Source: Candidatus Bathyarchaeia archaeon (GTDB lineage: Archaea > Thermoproteota > Bathyarchaeia > Bathyarchaeales > Bathycorpusculaceae). Taken from it: a DNA stretch of 64,000 bases. Location of the stretch: the NCBI GenBank assembly GCA_050010515.1, contig JBEKKX010000001.1, forward strand, positions 32,001 to 96,000. The letters are read 5' to 3'. The notes below the pieces were generated by a model. It was not told the DNA's origin and ran no database searches. It saw only the letters and a list, made by a program, of their open reading frames with translations. Of the stretch, positions 38,514 to 47,438 are shown in pieces (position 1 is the stretch's first letter; each line of letters opens with the position of its first letter). The translations under genes and the position numbers were made by a program.

Positions 38514-38559
38514 GTTTATTGCATAAACGCTATTAATAGGTTTTGTTTATAAAATAAAC
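38514..38559. promoter_or_regulatory. Two 15-bp palindromic boxes GTTTAT-nnn-ATAAAC, 31 bp apart; probable Lrp/AsnC operator
   Basis: Boxes at 38514-38528 and 38545-38559 between the divergent nifX-like and Lrp genes. Confidence 0.65.
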
Positions 38560-38564
38560 TGAGT

Positions 38565-39143
38565 GTGTACTGTTTGGACGAAATAGACAGAGAGATAATT
38601 TCACAGCTACAAATAAACGGTAGAATTACCCTAAAAGAGTTGGCCCAGATTATTGGGTACACAAGCATGGGAACCAAGAAAAGACTGCAAAAACTTCTGG
38701 ATCAGAAAACCATCCAAGTGTCTGCTTTGCTTAATCCGACTCAGCTTAAGCTTCTTCCTGCAATTGTAATGTTAGAGATGGAAAGCGCCGAAGCGAGGCA
38801 AACTCTAATCGATCGATTCAAAGACTGCCCTCGAGTAATCCAAATTTTCAAAACGATGGGGGGCTACAACCTAATTGCCCTGGTCGTAGCAGAAAACCAA
38901 GAAACTCTCAATAGTATTTCGATGGAAAAATGCTCCTTAAGAAGCAACGCGGGAATACGCAGATCGGAATTCTACCCCATAGGCGATATCAACTTCGCCC
39001 CCTTCCTCCAAGTGAGGGAACACCTAACTCACAAGGACAGAACCGTCACACCATGCAATATAGATTGCAGACCTTGTTCCTGTTACAAGGATCAAACCTG
39101 TGTGGGTTGCCCAACCGCTAGCTACTACAGAGGAACGCTATAG
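38565..39143 (+). CDS. Lrp/AsnC-family transcriptional regulator with Cys-rich C-terminus
   Basis: LDEIDREIISQLQINGR HTH, GGYNL; tail CNIDCRPCSCYKDQTCVGC. Confidence 0.88.
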   Translation: MYCLDEIDREIISQLQINGRITLKELAQIIGYTSMGTKKRLQKLLDQKTIQVSALLNPTQLKLLPAIVMLEMESAEARQTLIDRFKDCPRVIQIFKTMGGYNLIALVVAENQETLNSISMEKCSLRSNAGIRRSEFYPIGDINFAPFLQVREHLTHKDRTVTPCNIDCRPCSCYKDQTCVGCPTASYYRGTL

Positions 39144-39158
39144 AAGGAAAGCTCTCGT

Positions 39159-40157
39159 ATGAACGCAACTGACGAGGGAATGCTTAGTCAAGCACTGAAA
39201 GTTGAGGAAGTCGATGCTGTTGAGATACTTAGTCTAGTTGACAATTCAGCCGATTATCTTTCCTCGATCGACAAAAATGAGGTCCAGACTTTCAGACAAT
39301 GGATGAAAGAACGCCATAAGAATGAAGTGGCAACAAACTAATCCCAACTTCCTATTGCTGAACACGGATTTGCAATGCTTATTCGCGTTCTGATTAAAGG
39401 AAAATTAAGAACCGTGTTGTTTGATACAGGCAGCAGTTCCGACGGAGCCGTTACAAATGCAGAGCGAATGGACTTGGACCTAAATGAAGTAGACTGCATT
39501 GTCTTGTCTCACGGACATTATGATCATTTTGGTAGACTTCTGTCTGTCTTGAAGGCAATTAACAAGGTTAACCTGCCTTTAATCATTCACGAGGATATGT
39601 TCAAAACGAGAGGAACCGCTAATCAAGACGAAACAATTCGAATTTACCCAAAGTTTCCAGCAAAAGAACAATTAAGCCCGGCACATCTAATTGGTACAAA
39701 GCAGCCCCTTCTAATCGCCGATGATATGATTCTCGTGACCGGCAAGATTCCTCGTGAAACAACTTTTGAGAGAGGGTATTTGTCTCACAGAGTTCTCGTA
39801 AACGGATCATGGCAACCTGATCCGTGCATTTTGGATGATCGTGCAGTTATTGTTAACGTTAAAGGAAAGGGTTTAGTTGTCATCTCTGGTTGCGCTCATT
39901 CAGGTATAATTAACACAATAACCTATGCGCAACAAATCACCGGAATCACAACCATCTGCGCAGTATTGGGGGGCTTTCACCTAGCGGGCAGGGAAAACGA
40001 GAACAGAATCGAGCCGACCATGAAAGAACTGAAACGGATAAACCCTCAGCTAATAGCGCCTTCGCACTGCACTGGCTGGAGAGGAATGTGCGCAATAGCC
40101 AATGTAATGCCAAATGCCTCAGTATGGAATAGTGTGGGGAACCTCTATAAATTTTGA
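39159..40157 (+). pseudogene. MBL-fold metallo-hydrolase (methanopterin-synthesis-associated family) with internal TAA at 39339-39341
   Basis: The two track ORFs are in the same frame; read-through gives LSLVDN...*SQLPIAEHGFAMLI...LFDTG...SHGHYDH...SGCAHSG...GGFHL...PSHCTG. Confidence 0.8.
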
Positions 40158-40264
40158 CAGCACCCTCATTTAAAAGGAGCCGCTCTTCGCTATGAAGAGT
40201 TAATTGGAAAACTCCTGTTTTGGTTTGCATGTTGGAGCAGGTATTCATTGAAAAAAGACTGCAC

Positions 40265-40410
40265 CTACAAGTAGCCTAAGTTTTTCATTATCGTTTTCAC
40301 TGAAACATACGCCTCGTTATCGGATGGCAAGTCAAGCAGTGACTGCCCATTAAGAACGTGCTCGTCCAGTTGCTCATCAGCAGCCATCTTGCTCAATACT
40401 TAAACTTCAA
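40265..40410 (-). pseudogene. Stranded, diverged copy of the 3' end of the CooC-like gene 43805..44590
   Basis: Translates LSKMAADEQLDEHVLNGQSLLDLPSDNEAYVSVKTIMKNLGYL* versus LGKIAEDEQLDDYVLNGKSLLDLPSDNAAYLSVKAIMRATGY. Confidence 0.85.
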
Positions 40411-40508
40411 AGTTCGCGTCCGAAATAAAAATCCATTCGTCAATGTGCCCAGCCGTTTCTCGCGCAGCGCTCTAAATTCGAAAAGCTCTTATAGCACTTA
40501 TAGATGCA

Positions 40509-40526
40509 TACCTACCTAGGTAGGTA
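40509..40526. promoter_or_regulatory. Perfect 18-bp palindrome TACCTACCTAGGTAGGTA just upstream of the nuoE-like gene
   Basis: Seen directly; ends 10 bp before ATG 40536. Confidence 0.55.
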
Positions 40527-40535
40527 GGTAGTAAA

Positions 40536-41183
40536 ATGGTATTGCTCATATGTCAACATTGTGGCTATAAATGGGATTACCAAGGCGAGAACGAGCATTA
40601 TGCCACCTGCCCTACATGCCGTTACAAGGTCAGGATCCCTGAAGAAAAAGCTCAAATGTTACGTCGAAAAGGGTTGGATATGGAGTTAAAAAGCAAATTC
40701 TCATTAAAAGAGCAACCTGTAAAATTGCGTGGTATTGCTGGAATAGTGAATAAGACAATAGAGGACTACCAACACGACAAAAGCATGTTAATTCAAATCC
40801 TTTTGAGATTGCAAAAGAATTTCGGGTGGCTTCCGATGGAAATGCTATTAGAAGTAAGCAAACAGCTGGGAATACCTATCAATCAAGTATACCAAGTCGC
40901 AACCTTTTACAAAGTCTTCTCTCTCAGTCCTCGAGGGAGACATCTAATAAGGGTTTGCACGGGAACTTCCTGTAAAGTGAGAGGTGCGCCAACAATCCTT
41001 GAGAAGTTACAGAGCTTTCTCGGCATAGATACGGGTGAAGTCACCGCAGACGGCAGATTCAGTCTTGAAACAGTTAACTGTGTAGGCGGTTGCGCTCTCG
41101 GCCCAATGATGACTATTGACGGCGAATACTATGGAAACTTAAAGTTGCTCACCGTGAAAAGAATTCTATCTAAATACACGTAG
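40536..41183 (+). CDS. NuoE/HoxE/HydC-like 2Fe-2S subunit with N-terminal Zn ribbon
   Basis: VATFY, VCTGTSC, VNCVGGC; N-terminal CQHC...CPTC. Confidence 0.88.
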   Translation: MVLLICQHCGYKWDYQGENEHYATCPTCRYKVRIPEEKAQMLRRKGLDMELKSKFSLKEQPVKLRGIAGIVNKTIEDYQHDKSMLIQILLRLQKNFGWLPMEMLLEVSKQLGIPINQVYQVATFYKVFSLSPRGRHLIRVCTGTSCKVRGAPTILEKLQSFLGIDTGEVTADGRFSLETVNCVGGCALGPMMTIDGEYYGNLKLLTVKRILSKYT

Positions 41184-41196
41184 CAGGTGAATAAAC

Positions 41197-43125
41197 ATGG
41201 AAACCGTTAAGTGTATACGATCACCTAAAGACCTCGAAAAGCTTCGCGAAGAAATCAAGTCCAAGAGAAAACCGAGTAAATCCAGCGTTTCGGTTTGTGT
41301 TAGCACAGGCTGTGTTGCGCTTGACGCTCCGAAGGTTAAGGAAGCTTTCATAGCCGAACTGGAGAAGCAAGGACTAAAAGATCAAGTGGAAATTAAGGAA
41401 ACAGGATGCTTGGGTTTCTGTGAACAGGGACCAAGGGTAACGATCTACCCAGAGGAAATCTGTTATTTTAAGGTTAAGCCTGAAGATGTCCCGGAAATTG
41501 TTTCTAAAAGCATTCTTGAAAAGAAAGTTGTGGAACGGTTGCTATACAAAGACCCAGCCACGGGTAAAGGAGTGCAGAAGCTTGAGGACATACCCTTCTA
41601 CAAATACCAGCTTAGATTGCTTCTGGAAAATAACGCGAAAATAGACCCAAAGAATATCGAAGATTACATTGCTCTAGGGGGATACAGCGCCCTTGCCAAA
41701 GCCCTCTTCGAAATGACGCCTGAACAGGTGGTTGAGGAAGTTAAAAAGTCAAAACTGCGGGGAAGGGGTGGAGGAGGATTCCTAACGGGGTTAAAGTGGG
41801 AAACCACGCGGAACGCACCTGGCGAGCCTAAGTATGCCATCGTTAACTGTGATGAAGGAGACCCAGGAGCATTTATGGATAGATCTCTGATGGAAGGCAA
41901 TCCTCATAGTGTGCTTGAAGGTCTCATAATAGGCGCGTATGCCATTGGAGCCACTGAAGGCTTTGTTTACGTTAGGGAAGAGTATCCTATAGCTGTAGAA
42001 AACATATCCACAGCTATAAAGCAGGCTGAAGAATACGGGTTGCTCGGCAAAGACATTATTGGCTCAAGTCTAAGCTTTAAGGTTAAGGTTCACAAGGGTG
42101 CAGGAGCTTTTGTCTCAGGAGAATCTAGCGCTCTTATGACAGCAATCGAGGGGAAGGTTGGTGAACCCAGACCCAAATACGTTCACACGGCAGTTAAAGG
42201 CCTTTGGGATAAGCCTAGCCTCCTCAACAACGTTAAGACGTGGGCTAGCGTCCCTCTAATAGTCCTTAAAGGCGCTGAGTGGTTTAGGAGCATAGGAACC
42301 CAAGGCAACAGCGGAACTATGATCTTCTCCCTCGTTGGGAAAGTTAATAACACAGGTTTAGTTGAGGTGCCTATGGGAATAACTCTTCGGGATTTAATCT
42401 TTAAGATAGGTGGAGGCATTAGAGACGGCAAGAAGTTTAAAGCTGTTCAGATCGGAGGGCCGTCTGGAGGCTTCATCCCAGAGCAACTCCTCGATATTCC
42501 AGTAGACTACGATGAACTTGTAAAAGTTGGCTCAATGATGGGCTCTGGAGGCATGGTAGTCATGGACGAAGACACCTGCATGGTAGATGTGGCTAGATAT
42601 TTTGTCGATTTCCTCCTCGAGGAATCCTGCGGAAAATGTATCCCCTGTCGTGAAGGTTTGAGAGTGCTCTCCAGCATTCTAAGCGATATCTGCGCTGGCA
42701 AAGGGAAAAGTGAGGACATACAGACAACTGAAGAGATAGCTGAAACAATGAGGGAGACTTTACTCTGCGCATTGGGCAGAACCGCAGCAAATCCTGTCCT
42801 CACATCTCTGAAGTATTTCAGAGACGAATGGGAACAGCACATAATAGAGAAACGTTGCCCAGCTAACGCTTGCAAAGCTCTGATAGATTTTTACATAAAT
42901 CCAGAGAAATGTCAAGCTTGCCTCCTTTGCTTAAAGGAATGCCCAGCAGGAGCTATTCAAGGCGACAAGGATCAGGTTCATTGGATTGATCAAGAAAAAT
43001 GCATAAAATGTGGGACATGCTATGAAATTTGCAATTTCCATGCGGTAAAAAAGCTTTCGGGAGAGCCTATTCCACCTCCACCAGAAGGAATGAAACCAAT
43101 TCGAAAATTGAAAGGAGAGAACTAG
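41197..43125 (+). CDS. NuoF/HoxF/HydB-like NAD(P)H-binding flavoprotein (long form)
   Basis: N-terminal thioredoxin-like 2Fe-2S domain, GRGGGGF, NCDEGDPGAFMDR, GGPSGG, ESCGKCIPCREG, C-terminal 2x[4Fe-4S]. Confidence 0.92.
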   Translation: METVKCIRSPKDLEKLREEIKSKRKPSKSSVSVCVSTGCVALDAPKVKEAFIAELEKQGLKDQVEIKETGCLGFCEQGPRVTIYPEEICYFKVKPEDVPEIVSKSILEKKVVERLLYKDPATGKGVQKLEDIPFYKYQLRLLLENNAKIDPKNIEDYIALGGYSALAKALFEMTPEQVVEEVKKSKLRGRGGGGFLTGLKWETTRNAPGEPKYAIVNCDEGDPGAFMDRSLMEGNPHSVLEGLIIGAYAIGATEGFVYVREEYPIAVENISTAIKQAEEYGLLGKDIIGSSLSFKVKVHKGAGAFVSGESSALMTAIEGKVGEPRPKYVHTAVKGLWDKPSLLNNVKTWASVPLIVLKGAEWFRSIGTQGNSGTMIFSLVGKVNNTGLVEVPMGITLRDLIFKIGGGIRDGKKFKAVQIGGPSGGFIPEQLLDIPVDYDELVKVGSMMGSGGMVVMDEDTCMVDVARYFVDFLLEESCGKCIPCREGLRVLSSILSDICAGKGKSEDIQTTEEIAETMRETLLCALGRTAANPVLTSLKYFRDEWEQHIIEKRCPANACKALIDFYINPEKCQACLLCLKECPAGAIQGDKDQVHWIDQEKCIKCGTCYEICNFHAVKKLSGEPIPPPPEGMKPIRKLKGEN

Positions 43126-43126
43126 A

Positions 43127-43753
43127 ATGAAGAAAGTCATTACTTTACAGATTGATGATAAAGAGGTTAAGGCAGAGGAAGGAAAAACCATTTTAGAGGC
43201 AGCGCAACATGCAGGTATGGAAATCCCAACCCTATGCTGGTATGAAGGACTGGAACCCTACGGTGCCTGTCGATTTTGCAGTGTAGAAATCGAAAAAAAA
43301 GGAAGGGCTCAAGTGGTAGCTTCATGTTGCTATCCAGCGGAGGAGGGGTTAAAGGTAAAAACCAGATCTCCCAAAATCGTTAAAATAAGAAAGACCATAC
43401 TAGAATTAGCTGCCACATCTGCGGGAGAAGATGTCAGTAGCAAAATGAGGGCGTTGGCCAGCGAATATAACGCGGATTTATCTCGATTCAGGTCAAACGC
43501 ACCATTGTCCCCAACAAAATGCATCCTTTGCGGACTATGTGTACGTCGTTGTATTGAAGCAAATTGGGAAAGCGCTATAGGATTCACTGGTAGAGGAATA
43601 TACCGATGCATTGCACTTTTCCCAGAAAAGGCAGGCCTCTGCTCGACATGTAGTTATTGCCGTGACGTATGCCCCACTGGCAGAACTTGTTCCACATTTG
43701 GTCCTCGTCCTCCTTTCCCTCGAATTAACGATGTCCTCGCAGGGAGAAAATGA
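43127..43753 (+). CDS. NuoG-N/HoxU-like Fe-S subunit without catalytic domain
   Basis: IPTLC...GACRFC...SC; CILCGLCVRRC; CSTCSYCRDVCP. Confidence 0.88.
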   Translation: MKKVITLQIDDKEVKAEEGKTILEAAQHAGMEIPTLCWYEGLEPYGACRFCSVEIEKKGRAQVVASCCYPAEEGLKVKTRSPKIVKIRKTILELAATSAGEDVSSKMRALASEYNADLSRFRSNAPLSPTKCILCGLCVRRCIEANWESAIGFTGRGIYRCIALFPEKAGLCSTCSYCRDVCPTGRTCSTFGPRPPFPRINDVLAGRK

Positions 43754-43804
43754 AGCATGAAACCTCTCGGGCTACATCAATCATGGTCAGCCTGACCTTC
43801 AATT

Positions 43805-44590
43805 TTATTGATGTATGTAACCCGTTGCCCTCATTATCGCTTTAACAGAAAGATACGCGGCGTTGTCAGAAGGCAAGTCAAGCAGCGACTTCCCGTTAAG
43901 AACATAATCATCTAACTGTTCATCCTCAGCGATTTTTCCCAAAAACTTGAACTTCAAATCAGCTTCAGCCTGTTTGCCTAGTTCTAGTGGAAAACGGTAG
44001 CCGCCTATCAAATAGAAGTTATCAAACTTCATGTCAACTTCTTTAGTTATTCTGACAGCTCGTTTCACATGGTCAAAAGATTTCTTTGAATGATCAAGAA
44101 TATCGAATATATCGTTAACATTCGAAGTAATACGCCTATTCAGGTTTTCAAGTCCGGCTGGAGAGTCAATAAGTATGTACATGTAATTTTTAGTTAACGA
44201 TTCTAAAGCACCTTTTAACGCAGCGTTTGGCATGCAATAGCAACCTTCAACCCATTTAGTGCCGACTGCAAGGAAGTCAAAATTTTTACTTTCATACAAG
44301 CCATTTTCCCAAATCCTGCTTTCAATACGCTCTGTTGGAGGAACGCCGACTGTGGTGCCTCCTTGCTCAATGAACGTGCTGACAAGCAACTCTGAAATGG
44401 TTGATTTTCCAGCCTCTTTAAGGTCTATTCCAAGCATTTCAGCAAGATTCTGGTCAGGGTCAGCATCAACCAGCAGCAAAGGCGCTTGCCCAGCTTCGAT
44501 AAAGGATTTAGTCATTAGAGCCGTGAAACTGGATTTTCCTGTTCCGCCACGACCAATAGTTACCAGAGTTTTCATTTTGGTAAACCTCAA
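43805..44590 (-). CDS. cooC: CooC/AcsF-like Ni-insertion ATPase
   Basis: GRGGTGKS, DADPDQN, GCYC, DSPAG. Confidence 0.85.
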   Translation of the reverse strand: MRFTKMKTLVTIGRGGTGKSSFTALMTKSFIEAGQAPLLLVDADPDQNLAEMLGIDLKEAGKSTISELLVSTFIEQGGTTVGVPPTERIESRIWENGLYESKNFDFLAVGTKWVEGCYCMPNAALKGALESLTKNYMYILIDSPAGLENLNRRITSNVNDIFDILDHSKKSFDHVKRAVRITKEVDMKFDNFYLIGGYRFPLELGKQAEADLKFKFLGKIAEDEQLDDYVLNGKSLLDLPSDNAAYLSVKAIMRATGYIHQ

Positions 44591-45375
44591 GATGCTATTG
44601 CTTTTTTCTTAAGCAAAAGCTCGCATATATTATCTATGGTTTTAACTGCTGAGATTTCCTTGTTTTTAAGGGGCGTTTCACCAAGCATATCAGCTTCGAC
44701 AATTTTCTGGTCAAAGGGCACAAAGGTGAGCAGGGACAAACCGTTTTTTTCAGCAAAACTGCGTATAGCTTCCCTCTGAACATCGTTCATGACCCTGTTT
44801 CCTATGAGGTAGAGTTGCTTCATCCCAGCGGCTTTAGCCATGTCATGTATATGCTTGGCGATTTCCAGCGATTTCAAGTTTGAATCAGCAACAATGAGCA
44901 ATGCATCCACTTGTCTGGCTGTGCCTCTGCCAATATTCTCAACGCCAGCCTCCAAATCCAAAACAACCGCCTCGTCACGTTCCACAACCAGATGTCTAAG
45001 CAAAGCGCGGATGACAGCGTTTGGAGCACACATGCATCCTGCACCCATCGAATGCACTGTACCCATAACAATCAAATTCACGCCAAGCGGAGTGCTGACC
45101 GAGTAGTCACGGACGATGTCGTCAACGGTGAATTGTAAACGGTAAACTCCAGAGTAACCAGTGCTTGTTTTAGATTCAACAAGAACCTTATTCTCTGAAA
45201 TAGGCACAATTTTGCGACTTTCCTCAGTGGATAAGCCTAAAGTCAAACCGAGATTTGGAGAGGAATCTGCATCAATCGCTATAGTTTTCAATCCACGCTC
45301 AGCAAAACCGCGGGCTAGGCCGCCTGCAATCAGGGTTTTACCGACACCGCCTTTACCAGAAACAGCAACTTTCAT
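44587..45375 (-). CDS. cooC: CooC Ni-insertion ATPase (CODH maturation)
   Basis: GKGGVGKT, DADSSPN, GCMC, DLEAGVE..GRG. Confidence 0.9.
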   Translation of the reverse strand: MKVAVSGKGGVGKTLIAGGLARGFAERGLKTIAIDADSSPNLGLTLGLSTEESRKIVPISENKVLVESKTSTGYSGVYRLQFTVDDIVRDYSVSTPLGVNLIVMGTVHSMGAGCMCAPNAVIRALLRHLVVERDEAVVLDLEAGVENIGRGTARQVDALLIVADSNLKSLEIAKHIHDMAKAAGMKQLYLIGNRVMNDVQREAIRSFAEKNGLSLLTFVPFDQKIVEADMLGETPLKNKEISAVKTIDNICELLLKKKAIAS

Positions 45376-45466
45376 GATCCCACAGCTAAAACAATTCCCG
45401 CTCTAAGGTTAATTTACGTTTCCTTGCAAATTGAGAGAGAATGAAAACACTTAACCAAGGAACGCT

Positions 45467-45931
45467 CTACTGCTTTTGTTCAAGCAAAGTTCTTCTGGGA
45501 AGAAAGCCAAACCGTGAATAAAACCCGTAAGCCTGCTCGTTGCCAACAGCGACTGAAACAATCTTCTTTTTCACCCCTTTACTGTTTAACCACTCCAGCG
45601 CTTTTTCCATTAATGCTCTGCCGATGCCCTGCCCCCTATATTGTGGATTGACAAAAATGGAATCAATCTCACCCGTCACCAAGTTATCAATGCTGCTTAC
45701 GCAGTACCCGATGAGCTTACCTGAAGAATCCAAAGCAAGATCAACTCTGACGTCTCCGCCCAAAGATCTCTGCAAAATAGCTCGCTTCCTATCTTGAAAC
45801 GTCAAAGTTAGATAGTAGTCTTTGAAATAGGGCGACAAGCTGAGATGTTGCTGGTTCAACTCTTCCCATAGTGGCTTAATTCTATCTATCAAGCTTACGT
45901 TTCCAGAAATATAAGTAGTGTTAACCATCAA
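45467..45931 (-). CDS. GNAT-family N-acetyltransferase
   Basis: IFVNPQYRGQGIG, NEQAYGFYSRFGF. Confidence 0.88.
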   Translation of the reverse strand: MMVNTTYISGNVSLIDRIKPLWEELNQQHLSLSPYFKDYYLTLTFQDRKRAILQRSLGGDVRVDLALDSSGKLIGYCVSSIDNLVTGEIDSIFVNPQYRGQGIGRALMEKALEWLNSKGVKKKIVSVAVGNEQAYGFYSRFGFLPRRTLLEQKQ

Positions 45932-46264
45932 ATACCCCGCATTTGTAGATAAGCATGTTTTCAGCCTTCTGGATAAAAAATTTTACTAAATAAATGATCT
46001 TAAATCCAAATTAAACCACTACAAAAAACGGAGGACCATTTTTTTCATTACTCAAAACAGGAACGGACGTATAGCACCAGCCTCCTCCTTTGCGTAGTTC
46101 TGCTTTCACACTGTCAGCTGTGCGATTTTACCTTAGCGCAAAATTTTTTCTTTAGTTTGTGCTTCCCATGAGCGCAAAAGAATAGTCGTCATAGAGCAAA
46201 GATGAAACTTTCAAGATTGCTAGCATTTAATGTTTATATATAATTGGTCGATTATGCTACCGCC

Positions 46265-47326
46265 ATGAGCTCCAAAAAATTTGGCTTTGAGGACTCCCTT
46301 TTAACTGAAGTTGTTCAAACCGGAAAATGTGCAAGTTGCGGCACGTGCGTCGTCGTCTGCCCATTCGGTAGCCTTGAACTTGCCAAGGGAAAACCCAATT
46401 TGGTGAAAGAATGCAAGGTCTGCGGCATATGCGCTCAAGCCTGCCCCAGATACAGTTGGGATGTGGCGAAAGCAGAGAACTTTGTTTTCGGCAGGGTAAG
46501 AAAACCTGAAGAGGAATTCGGAGTTTTCCGCAGAATAGCTATAGCCCAAGCAAAACCCAGTGACATTCAGAAGGTTCGCCAAGACGGAGGAGCTGCCACC
46601 GCAATGCTGGTAGCTGCTCTGCAGAACGGACTAATCGACGGAGCCGTCGTTTCAGGAAAAAGCCAAGAAAAACCCTTCCTTCCGGTCCCGATTCTCGCCA
46701 CGACGCCTCAGAAAATCGTCGAGGCAGCAGGGACAAAATACTCCTTTTCCTCTGCGCTTCTCGGCTTGCCCGAAGTGATTAGGCAGAAAAAGACTCAAAT
46801 CGCGTTCGTAGGTACACCCTGCCAAATTCACGCGGTAAGAAAGATGCAGATGACCGGCGTGAAAAAGTTCAGTGCGCCAATCAAGTACCTTGTGGGGCTC
46901 ATGTGTTCAGAATGCTTCGATTACGAAGGGCTCATGGAAACCCACATAAAAGGCAAACTCGGCATTAACCTGAACGATATTACAAAAATGAACATTAAAG
47001 GAAAAATGCTCGTAACGACGTCCGCAGGAATTACAGCTATTCCCCTTGCAGACATAAAACCGTACGTTAGAAAAAGCTGCAGCGTATGCGAAGACTTCAG
47101 CTCCGAACTCGCAGACATCTCAGTCGGCGGACTGGGACTTGACGGCTGGACATTCACGATTATCCGAACAGAAAAAGGCGAAGAACTATTTACAAACGCC
47201 GAAAAAACAGGATTCTTGGAATCAAAGCCGCTGGAGCAAGGAGCCTTCTCGAAGGGGTTACTGCTTAAGCTTTCAAAGAAAAAACGCGATACAGCCGCAG
47301 CCGCTCAAGCTCAGCCAAAGCAATAA
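46265..47326 (+). CDS. FrhB/FdhB/FpoF-family F420-binding subunit with N-terminal 2x[4Fe-4S]
   Basis: CASCGTCVVVCP, CKVCGICAQACP, QDGG, GTKY, VGTPCQ, GLMC, ADISVG. Confidence 0.9.
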   Translation: MSSKKFGFEDSLLTEVVQTGKCASCGTCVVVCPFGSLELAKGKPNLVKECKVCGICAQACPRYSWDVAKAENFVFGRVRKPEEEFGVFRRIAIAQAKPSDIQKVRQDGGAATAMLVAALQNGLIDGAVVSGKSQEKPFLPVPILATTPQKIVEAAGTKYSFSSALLGLPEVIRQKKTQIAFVGTPCQIHAVRKMQMTGVKKFSAPIKYLVGLMCSECFDYEGLMETHIKGKLGINLNDITKMNIKGKMLVTTSAGITAIPLADIKPYVRKSCSVCEDFSSELADISVGGLGLDGWTFTIIRTEKGEELFTNAEKTGFLESKPLEQGAFSKGLLLKLSKKKRDTAAAAQAQPKQ

Positions 47327-47438
47327 ACATCGAAAATTTCAAGAAGCTTCCTTTTTCCTCGCATCTTTAAGGACCTTTTACGTTTAGCGCGTATATAATC
47401 GGGCGTATATCATGATTCTGACCACGTGACTGCTGGGT

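Noticed and set aside
40536-43753. Respiratory complex I or [FeFe]-hydrogenase
   Set aside because: No membrane Nuo subunits and no H-cluster motifs.
45935-46240. Possible ncRNA or small gene upstream of the FrhB-like gene
   Set aside because: No convincing open frame, stable structure or family motif by eye.
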